Shown here: one piece after another, positions 57,255 to 64,000 of the stretch
Layout: each line of letters opens with the position of its first letter
How positions within the stretch are numbered: the stretch's first letter is position 1
Origin: Gammaproteobacteria bacterium
GTDB taxonomy: Bacteria; Pseudomonadota; Gammaproteobacteria; CBDBNL01; JAAOII01
Direction: 5' to 3'
DNA length: 64,000 nt
Assembly (NCBI GenBank): GCA_965209035.1
Contig: OZ242372.1
Span: 116,497-180,496, forward strand
Notes under the pieces: model-generated
What the model was told of the DNA's origin: nothing
Databases searched by the model: none
Seen by the model: only the letters and a program-made list of their open reading frames with translations
Program-made: the position numbers and the translations under genes

Positions 57255-58046
57255 TTAATCCAAATATTCAATTCCCGCAGCCGCCAGCCATTCCTTGAAT
57301 TTGGCAACCTCTTCGCAGACCGTCCGTTCGTCATAAGAACGCCAAACCGCCTTAACAAAGTAATTGCCGTTGCTGTCTTGTTGGGGATAACTGCCAATTT
57401 CCGCTTCCGGGTTTTCTGCTTGCATTTCGGTCAGTTTGGACGCAATATGACTTTCACCTGCCAGCACGGTGACTGTGCGAGAATGCAACGGCTTGCCGGT
57501 GCTCAGTTCTTTCCCTATCTCATCTAACATCGCGGAAAAAATGACCGGCACACCCGCCAACACAAAGACATTGCCCAAACGAAAACCCGGGGCAGCCGAC
57601 ACCCGGTTGGGGATAAGAGTTGCGCCGCGCGGGATCATCGCCATTTTACTCGCACCTGCGGACGGACGCTTGCCGCGTGCGGCGGTCCTCGATTCCCTCG
57701 ATTCCATGACGCGCATCGCCTCCGCATTCCGTTCCGGTAAAACAGAAAAGGCTGCGGCAATGGCATCGGCTGTGATATCGTCGTGCGTAGGACCTATGCC
57801 GCCGCTTGTAAACACATAATCGTAGTTTTTTGATTGTTCGCGGACAGTTTTTATGATTAACTCTTTGTCATCGCGAATGATACATGCTTCCGCAAGTTCC
57901 AGCCCCCAACGCGTCGCCCGACTTCCCAATTCAAATATGTTAATATCCCGTGTGCTGCCCACCAGAAGTTCGTTACCGATTGCAATCATAGAAATCTTCG
58001 GGGGGTTGCCGATTTTGTGTGTGCGTTCTGCGTTCATAAAAAACAT
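57255..58046 (-). CDS. CinA-family / MoCF-biosynthesis (MoaB/MogA-like) domain protein
   Basis: ISMIAIGNELLVGSTRDIN...YDYVFTSGGIGPTHDDITADAIAAAF. Confidence 0.75.
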   Translation of the reverse strand: MFFMNAERTHKIGNPPKISMIAIGNELLVGSTRDINIFELGSRATRWGLELAEACIIRDDKELIIKTVREQSKNYDYVFTSGGIGPTHDDITADAIAAAFSVLPERNAEAMRVMESRESRTAARGKRPSAGASKMAMIPRGATLIPNRVSAAPGFRLGNVFVLAGVPVIFSAMLDEIGKELSTGKPLHSRTVTVLAGESHIASKLTEMQAENPEAEIGSYPQQDSNGNYFVKAVWRSYDERTVCEEVAKFKEWLAAAGIEYLD

Positions 58047-58124
58047 TATAGTGAGTTGTCGGCGATGTTTGTATCATTGATCTTTGACCGTCACCGTCCC
58101 GCATATTTAATTTCTCGTTGATCT

Positions 58125-59477
58125 TTGAACGGAACATTAAACGAAACTTTGAACAGAACATTGAACGGAACATTAAACGGAACATTGAACGGAACATTAA
58201 ACGAAACTTTGAACAGAACTTTGAACAGAACATTGAACGGAACATTAAACAGAACATTGAACGGAACATTAAACAGAACATTGAACAACCCGCCGAATAA
58301 CACACCGGCGCACAGGCGGGAACGGTCACAGTTAATTCTGGCTGTGGAGACATCCTGCGACGAGACCGCCCTGGCATTGCATGACGGCACTCGCCTCATC
58401 TCCCATTGTTTGTTTTCTCAAGCCGACATTCACTCTTTATATGACGGCGTGGTGCCGGAACTTGCGGCACGCAACCATCTGCAACGCCTCCTCCCGTTGC
58501 TAAAACTCTGCCTGCAAAAAGGAAACAAAACCAAAGCAGAGATTACTCACATAGCCTATACGATGGGACCCGGTTTGATCGGCGCCTTGATGACGGGAGC
58601 ATCGTTTGCCCGCTGTCTCGCGTACGGCTTGTCTGTTCCTGCCGTCGGCATTCATCATCTGGAAGGGCATATCCTTTCTCCTCTGCTGGCAAAAGACGCT
58701 CCGTCTTTTCCCTACTTAACGCTGCTAGTATCCGGCGGGCATACGCAGTTAATTCTGGCACAAGAAGCCGGCAAGTATGTTCTTTACGGCGAAAGTTTGG
58801 ACGATGCGGCCGGCGAAGTCTTTGACAAGGTGGCAAGTTTGCTTGGTCTGCCCTATCCCGGCGGGAAGCATTTGGAAGAACTCGCCCGAAAAGGGAACCC
58901 GAAGGCATACGGGTTGACTGTTCCCATGCGTCATCGCAGGGGTCATCAGCATCGTCAGGATTACAATTTTAGTTTCAGCGGTCTCAAAACCCAGGTACTT
59001 TATCTCGCACGGAAGATCTGCAAAGCATCCAATTCTCCCCATCCGCAAGAACAGGAGTCCGCGCCAAATGTAAAAAGACCCTTCTCACGCACTGTCGGAG
59101 CACTGACTCCCCGACAGAAGGCCGACCTGGCCGCAGGCTTTCAAATGACGATTGTTCAAAGTCTGTTGGAAAAAACTTTCTTATTGGCGGAAACACTCCG
59201 AATGAAAAATATTGTCATAGTCGGCGGCGTCAGTGCCAATTTGTATCTCAGAGAAACGGCGCGCAAGTTCTCGGGGGGGGAGAATTACCGTCTCTTTTTC
59301 CCGCCGCCGGAATACTGCACCGACAATGCGGCCATGATCGCTTTGGCTGCTTCTTATCGTATTGCGGCGGGTGCCCGGGACTCGCTTGTGATACGAGCAA
59401 AAGCGAGGCTTCCGCTTCCCGCCCCCGGCCCCATCCGCATGCCCGCGCAGGACCCGCACGGGGCCCGCACAAGATAA
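58125..59477 (+). CDS. tsaD: tRNA N6-adenosine threonylcarbamoyltransferase TsaD (start uncertain; the conserved core begins at about 58330)
   Basis: LILAVETSCDETALAL..., GIHHLEGH, LLVSGGHTQL, DDAAGEVFDKVA, YPGG and TDNAAMIA. The N-terminal ~65 aa of the ORF is the 12-bp repeat. Confidence 0.85.
   Translation: MNGTLNETLNRTLNGTLNGTLNGTLNETLNRTLNRTLNGTLNRTLNGTLNRTLNNPPNNTPAHRRERSQLILAVETSCDETALALHDGTRLISHCLFSQADIHSLYDGVVPELAARNHLQRLLPLLKLCLQKGNKTKAEITHIAYTMGPGLIGALMTGASFARCLAYGLSVPAVGIHHLEGHILSPLLAKDAPSFPYLTLLVSGGHTQLILAQEAGKYVLYGESLDDAAGEVFDKVASLLGLPYPGGKHLEELARKGNPKAYGLTVPMRHRRGHQHRQDYNFSFSGLKTQVLYLARKICKASNSPHPQEQESAPNVKRPFSRTVGALTPRQKADLAAGFQMTIVQSLLEKTFLLAETLRMKNIVIVGGVSANLYLRETARKFSGGENYRLFFPPPEYCTDNAAMIALAASYRIAAGARDSLVIRAKARLPLPAPGPIRMPAQDPHGARTR
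58126..58287. repeat. 13.5 copies of a 12-bp tandem repeat TT(G/A)AAC(G/A)(G/A)AAC(A/T)
   Basis: Read directly from the sequence. It lies between the divergent cinA-like gene and tsaD, and it is in frame with tsaD as (LN[GRE]T)n. Confidence 0.95.
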
Positions 59478-59483
59478 ACGCGT

Positions 59484-61052
59484 ATGAAAAAGTTTGATGT
59501 TCTCGTCATAGGCACGGGCGCGGCCGGAATGCAGTTGGCACTGCACCTTGCCCGACGCAACAGAACTGTCCTGATGCTCTGCAAGTCCTCTTTTAGAGAA
59601 AGTTCCACCTACTGGGCTCAAGGCGGCATTGCCGCGGCCTGGGCAGAAGAGACGCCCGAGCAGCATATCCGCGATACGATCAAAGCCGGGGCGGGGCTGT
59701 GTGATGATAAGGCGGTTCGTTTCATCCTAAGCAACGCCCGTTCGGCACTTAAAGAAATTGTGGAACTTGGCTTTCCTTTGTCTCTGCGTCCAAAAAGCGG
59801 CGAAGCACATCTCCACCGGGAAGGCGGTCATTCCCAAAGACGGATTTTACATGCCGCCGATCAAACCGGCAAAGCACTGGCGGATACCCTGTATCACCGA
59901 ATTTTGGAAGAACCGGGTATTCAAATATTGGAACATCACATGGCAATTAACTTGATACAGGATCACCGAGGCTGTAAAGGCGCCTATGTTTTTAATGCCA
60001 TCAAGAAAAGCGTATCGGTATTCAACGCCCGTTGCACTGTGCTTGCCTGCGGCGGTGCCAGCCGGGTATATCTGTACTCCACGAATCCGGACGGTGCCAC
60101 CGGAGACGGTATCGCCATGGCATACAGAGCCGGCTGTCGTATTGCCAATATGGAATTTAATCAGTTTCATCCGACTTGTCTGTATCACCCGCAGGCAAAA
60201 TCTTTTCTCATTAGCGAGGCACTGCGCGGCGAAGGCGCGCGTCTGCTGTTGCCGGACGGATCCGCCTTTATGGAAAAATACGATCAGCGCGGTGACCTGG
60301 CGCCGCGCGATATTACCGCACGCGCGATTGACGATCAAATGAAGCGAAACGGCTTGGATTGCGTCCTGCTGGACATCACGCATAAACCGGCAAAAGAGAT
60401 TATTAAAAATTTCCCGCACATCTACCAAAATTGCCTGACATACGGAATAGACATCACCAAAGAGCCTATCCCGGTTGTGCCGGCGGCGCACTATATATGC
60501 GGCGGCATTATCACAGATATGAAGGGGCAAACGGACATTCAAAATCTTTATGCAATCGGCGAAACCGCCTACACTGGTCTGCATGGGGCAAATCGTTTGG
60601 CAAGCAACTCACTGTTGGAATGCCTTGTGATGGCACGCAGCGCCGCCCAAAATATTGATCGGACTCTGGCGCAGATCCCCGTGCCGAGTCCTTCGCCGTC
60701 ATGGGATGAAAGCCGGGTTACAAACTCCGACGAGGAAGTTATCATAAATCATAATTGGGATGAACTCCGCAGATTCATGTGGAATTATGTCGGTATCGTC
60801 CGCACCGACAAAAGATTGGAACGCGCCCGCCACCGCATAGACCTTCTTCAATCGGAAATTAAAGAATACTACAACAATTACCGTGTCAGTCGCGATCTTT
60901 TGGAACTGCGTAACCTTGCTCTCTGCGCCAAACTCATCACGGACGCGGCCATCGGCCGCAAGGAGAGCCGGGGACTGCATTACACACCCGATTATCCCGA
61001 TTATCCCGCATCGCAAAAACAGGCAACAATCAGTATCTTGCAAAAAAATTAG
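59484..61052 (+). CDS. nadB: L-aspartate oxidase
   Basis: DVLVIGTGAAG..., WAQGGIAA, ATGDGIAMAYRAG, FHPT, RGEGA and GLHGANRLASNSLLE. Confidence 0.92.
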   Translation: MKKFDVLVIGTGAAGMQLALHLARRNRTVLMLCKSSFRESSTYWAQGGIAAAWAEETPEQHIRDTIKAGAGLCDDKAVRFILSNARSALKEIVELGFPLSLRPKSGEAHLHREGGHSQRRILHAADQTGKALADTLYHRILEEPGIQILEHHMAINLIQDHRGCKGAYVFNAIKKSVSVFNARCTVLACGGASRVYLYSTNPDGATGDGIAMAYRAGCRIANMEFNQFHPTCLYHPQAKSFLISEALRGEGARLLLPDGSAFMEKYDQRGDLAPRDITARAIDDQMKRNGLDCVLLDITHKPAKEIIKNFPHIYQNCLTYGIDITKEPIPVVPAAHYICGGIITDMKGQTDIQNLYAIGETAYTGLHGANRLASNSLLECLVMARSAAQNIDRTLAQIPVPSPSPSWDESRVTNSDEEVIINHNWDELRRFMWNYVGIVRTDKRLERARHRIDLLQSEIKEYYNNYRVSRDLLELRNLALCAKLITDAAIGRKESRGLHYTPDYPDYPASQKQATISILQKN

Positions 61053-61070
61053 CCATAAAATAAATTCCAC

Positions 61071-62495
61071 ATGCAAGACAAACACTCTCCGGCAGAGAAG
61101 CCCGCCAAGCATCCAAATCCAAATCCCAATCCCAACCCCAATCAAAGATTTTTAAGTTTGGCGTTTAGCCGCCGACTGGCGCCCCTGTTTTGGACGCAAT
61201 TCTGCGGTGCCTTCAATGACAATGTCTACAAAAGTGCTTTTGCCGTCATCCTGGTATACAAGTTATTGGAGGGGAAATCCGAGCTAAGCGGTATCCTGGT
61301 CAATCTCACCCAGGCTCTGTTCATACTGCCCTTTATTCTGTTTGCCGCCATTGCCGGAAGTTTGGGCGATGTCTATGACAAGACTGTCCTCATTCGTCAT
61401 ATTAAATTGACGGAAATTTTTATTGTTTGTCTGGCAGCCGCCGCTCTCTTTCTCGGCAATATCCCCGCACTGATGTTCGTTGTTTTTCTGTTGTCCGTCC
61501 AGTCCACTTTTTTTGGTCCCTTAAAATACGGCATCATTCCGCAGCATGTCCCGCCGTCTGCATTGGTGAACAGTAATGCCCTGGTCAGTGCCGGCACTTT
61601 TGTTGCCATCATTGCCGGGACCTTAATCGGCGCCTATGCCGCCACCCTGGAACAATATGAGGTACGGATTTCGACCCTTCTGCTTACATATGCGATTATC
61701 GGTTATGTGAGCAGTCAGTTCATCCCCAAGGCACCGCCGTATCCCGATGCAAATACACCGGACCTGCCTCCGCAGGCCAACAAGCCGGCAAACCGGCAAA
61801 CGCGTCTTTCATACGAGCCAGTTGGCGCAACCATTCGCCTGATGCGGACAATATACGGACGCCAACCGCAATATCGTCCGTATCTTTGGGGAGTTTCCTG
61901 GTTCTGGTTTGTCGGCTCGGTTCTTCTGACTCAAATCCCCATTCTTACGGAGCAACAACTTAAATTGGAAGACATCTCGGTGAGTTTTTTTATGGTGATG
62001 TTTGCGACAGGGATTGCCTGCGGTTCTCTGATCACCGGCATTGTGCTTAAGAACAAACCCACCTCCAAGTATGCCGGCATCGCGGCACTCTTTATGGCGA
62101 TCTTAAGTTTGGATCTGATCCTTGCCATGCGCCAATTCAACCCGGACGCGCTCCTGTCACTGAGTGCGGATGATTATGTTACGCTGGTCGCATTCCTAAC
62201 AAACTTCCATGGCATCAGACTATCGCTTGACTTTTTCTTGATCAGTTTGTTTGGCGGCTTCTATGTCATTCCGCTGTTTACCGTTTTGATTAGTCTCGCC
62301 AAGCCCGAAGAGCGTTCCCGAGTCATTGCCGCCAATAATATCTTCAATGCGTTATTTATGGTGGGTTCGGCCCTGGCGGTGATGGTGATCTACGCAGTCG
62401 GCGGCGGTCTCACCGAGATATTTCCGCTGATTACCGTCAGTGCCTTGTTGGTCTCTTTTCTTTGGTTCCGAAAATCTCGTTCGGTAGTTGCGTAG
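61071..62495 (+). CDS. MFS transporter, lysophospholipid transporter (LplT)-like
   Basis: FWTQFCGAFNDNVYKSAF...; about 12 TM segments. The N-terminal (PN)n tract is encoded by a short repeat at about 61105-61145. Confidence 0.7.
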   Translation: MQDKHSPAEKPAKHPNPNPNPNPNQRFLSLAFSRRLAPLFWTQFCGAFNDNVYKSAFAVILVYKLLEGKSELSGILVNLTQALFILPFILFAAIAGSLGDVYDKTVLIRHIKLTEIFIVCLAAAALFLGNIPALMFVVFLLSVQSTFFGPLKYGIIPQHVPPSALVNSNALVSAGTFVAIIAGTLIGAYAATLEQYEVRISTLLLTYAIIGYVSSQFIPKAPPYPDANTPDLPPQANKPANRQTRLSYEPVGATIRLMRTIYGRQPQYRPYLWGVSWFWFVGSVLLTQIPILTEQQLKLEDISVSFFMVMFATGIACGSLITGIVLKNKPTSKYAGIAALFMAILSLDLILAMRQFNPDALLSLSADDYVTLVAFLTNFHGIRLSLDFFLISLFGGFYVIPLFTVLISLAKPEERSRVIAANNIFNALFMVGSALAVMVIYAVGGGLTEIFPLITVSALLVSFLWFRKSRSVVA

Positions 62496-62545
62496 TTGCC
62501 TAGTTACCTTGTAGTTACTTTGTAGTTACTTTGTAGTTGTTTCTG
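62485..62545. repeat. Tandem ~10-11-bp repeat GTAGTT(G/A)C(T)TT
   Basis: GTAGTTGCGTAGTTGCCTAGTTACCTTGTAGTTACTTTGTAGTTACTTTGTAGTTGTTTC spans the stop codon of the MFS gene. Confidence 0.85.
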
Positions 62546-62603
62546 CCGAGAAAAAAAAGAAACTATAAAATCACCCAAAAGAACACATAAAAGATCCCGG
62601 CTG

Positions 62604-62745
62604 ATGTTCGGTTGAGGTTTGGTCGGGGTTTGGTCGGGGTTTCGTTGAGGTTTCGTTGATGTTTGGTCGGGGTTTGGTCGGGGTTTGGTCGGGGGTTGGT
62701 CGGGGTTTGGTTGGTGGCTGGTTGATGTTTGGTCGGGGTTTCATT
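62604..62745. repeat. Degenerate 12-bp minisatellite GGTTTGGTCGGG / GGTTTCGTTGA(G/T)
   Basis: Read directly from the sequence. It lies in the intergenic region between the convergent MFS gene and cobB, and is followed by a C11 homopolymer at 62773-62783. Confidence 0.9.
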
Positions 62746-62842
62746 TCTGTTCGGTTTGCGGTTTGCATTTGTCCCCCCCCCCCGCAGGCACTGAATTAAA
62801 AACAGCCGGGGATCACTCGGCGGTTGTTACGCTATTACTTTG

Positions 62843-63580
62843 CTACCGGTTGTCTTTCAACTGCTTTTTTAATTGGGGGAAATCCGTGACAAATTTTTGC
62901 ACTTCCTTGCCCGCTTCTCCTTCATATGCCAAATGAAAATAGTCACGCATTGCCGATGGCTCGGTATTAACTTCACAACACAGAGCGCCGGCCGCTCTTG
63001 CCTGTAACACAAAGCCGGCCGCCGGGAACACGCTGCCCGAAGTGCCGATTGCCAAAAAAATCTTGCCACCCCGCCCCCGCAGTGCCTGTTCAATGCGCTC
63101 CATCTGGTAAGGCATTTCTCCAAACCATACGATATCCGGTCGCAAACCGCCCGCACGACCGCAACCCGGGCAGTTATTTTTTGTATCCATATCTTGCTTG
63201 CAATCAAACTTTCCGGCACAAGAGTTACACTTCATCTTGTAAAGTTCGCCATGCATGTGGATGACGCGTTGACTGCCGCCGCGCTCGTGCAAATCGTCTA
63301 TATTCTGCGTAATGATCAGCATCTTATCGCCCAACTCTTTTTCCAACTCTCCCAATGCATGATGTGCGGGATTTGGCAAAACCTTACCCAGTTCGTTTCG
63401 GCGCGCATTATAAAATCGGTGCACCTTATCGGGGTCGGCGGCAAATGCCTCCGGGGTTGCCACTTCTTCTATGGGATGTTCTTCCCAAAGACCGTCCGCA
63501 GCGCGAAATGTTTTGATACCGGACTCGGCGGAAATTCCCGCACCCGTAAGAACAACCAAAAGAGGCTGCGAATCTTTCAC
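62843..63580 (-). CDS. cobB: NAD-dependent protein deacylase (Sir2 family)
   Basis: VLTGAGISAESGIKTFR, ITQNIDDLH, HG.L....C..C............CP.C (zinc ribbon) and IGTSG.V.PAA. Confidence 0.9.
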   Translation of the reverse strand: MKDSQPLLVVLTGAGISAESGIKTFRAADGLWEEHPIEEVATPEAFAADPDKVHRFYNARRNELGKVLPNPAHHALGELEKELGDKMLIITQNIDDLHERGGSQRVIHMHGELYKMKCNSCAGKFDCKQDMDTKNNCPGCGRAGGLRPDIVWFGEMPYQMERIEQALRGRGGKIFLAIGTSGSVFPAAGFVLQARAAGALCCEVNTEPSAMRDYFHLAYEGEAGKEVQKFVTDFPQLKKQLKDNR

Positions 63581-63589
63581 CCCTGGTCC

Positions 63590-64000
63590 CTAAAACAAAT
63601 GTTGAAACAACAAGCCCGTGGTTTCTGTCTTGGTGTCGTAGTTTGCGGCATAATCGGACTCTCCCGTGCTCCAATCCAACAGCAGTCGCCAACCGAGTAT
63701 GGGTGCCTTAGAGCGTTCCAAGCCGATGCGCAGCCTTGTGGAAAAACCCCAGTTGTTATAAGCATAGCCGCGCTGCTCGCCCCCCAAAACAAGTTTCAAG
63801 TCGCCCGACCCGTCTCCGAATCTGGCATCAAAACCCCAGTAACCAAAATCTTGTTTTAGGTTCTCTCCCGCCGAAGTTTCCAAATTCTCAAAACGCCCGT
63901 AAGAAAAATAATAACGCGCCGCCCGGCTGACATCCCCCAAAAACAGCCGCACAGAATCCCCGCCAAGCCAAGCAATATCATTATCTTCGGTTAAAAACTC
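63590..64000 (-). CDS. Outer-membrane beta-barrel-like protein, N-terminus outside the window
   Basis: The frame stays open to the window edge (EFLTEDNDIAWLGGDSVRLFLGD...). It is Gly/Tyr-rich with alternating strands and has a C-terminal ...GLLFQHLF. Confidence 0.5.
   Translation of the reverse strand, partial: EFLTEDNDIAWLGGDSVRLFLGDVSRAARYYFSYGRFENLETSAGENLKQDFGYWGFDARFGDGSGDLKLVLGGEQRGYAYNNWGFSTRLRIGLERSKAPILGWRLLLDWSTGESDYAANYDTKTETTGLLFQHLF

Noticed and set aside
58091-58399. Minus-strand ORFs across the 12-bp repeat (FNVPFNVLFKV... ; 58091-58399 and 57973-58377)
   Set aside because: They are repeat-translation artefacts that overlap the cinA-like start region. They have no independent support.
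59847-60584. 245-aa minus-strand ORF
   Set aside because: It is antisense to nadB, which carries all the flavoprotein motifs. There are no motifs or RBS.
62571-62768. 65-aa minus-strand ORF rich in KPRPN/PDQT repeats
   Set aside because: It is simply the translation of the 12-bp minisatellite in a convergent intergenic region. There is no RBS or start context.
63194-63859. 221-aa plus-strand ORF
   Set aside because: It is antisense to cobB and to the OM barrel gene. cobB has clear Sir2 motifs.
1-64000. Search for tRNA, rRNA, tmRNA, CRISPR repeats, reverse transcriptase (retron/DGR), toxin-antitoxin pairs or known defence-system genes
   Set aside because: I found none by eye in the intergenic regions or the ORF translations. 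This is a visual scan only. tRNAscan-SE, Infernal, and DefenseFinder or PADLOC would be needed to exclude them.

Overview
This is a chromosomal window from a probable gammaproteobacterium. That call rests only on local synteny (phoH/ybeZ-ybeY-corC-lnt, rpmB-rpmG, carA-carB, tatA-tatB-tatC, hisI/hisE, recN-radC). I saw no rRNA or tRNA genes. About 50 housekeeping genes are present, including a nitrilase-family hydrolase with an NCS1 permease, nadC, PMM/PGM, argB, msrB, recN, hemH, folK, folB, murJ, ribF, ispB, dapB, argF, carAB, trpF, tsaD, nadB and cobB. This backbone is interrupted by accessory or unusual material. (i) A VirB/Trb-type type IV secretion operon (virB2-3-4-5-6-8-9-10 plus a translationally coupled small outer-membrane beta-barrel) has no VirB11, VirD4 or relaxase in the window, and it lies next to radC/recN. 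(ii) A family of five proteins shares a 2-TM hairpin, a heptad-repeat stalk and a C-terminal domain. One member follows the T4SS operon. Four form a head-to-tail array whose members differ by the number of 21-bp repeats. (iii) The recN-3'/radC-5' junction is tandemly amplified four times in units of about 332 bp. (iv) An IS1634-family element with a perfect 190-bp target duplication is inserted in the end of an IS481-family element. That IS481-like element carries about 135-bp imperfect terminal inverted copies, and solo copies of this end module lie directly 3' of both loci of the paralog family. (v) Repeats of about 135 bp derived from the carB 3' end bracket a 2.6-kb cassette encoding a TSP3/GLUG lipoprotein. 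(vi) Many 8-15-bp tandem repeats occur in intergenic DNA and inside conserved genes (tsaD 5' end, argB, trpF, virB6-like gene, MFS transporter). I saw no CRISPR array, reverse transcriptase or recognisable defence system. All calls come from reading the sequence and the ORF translations; no database search was possible.
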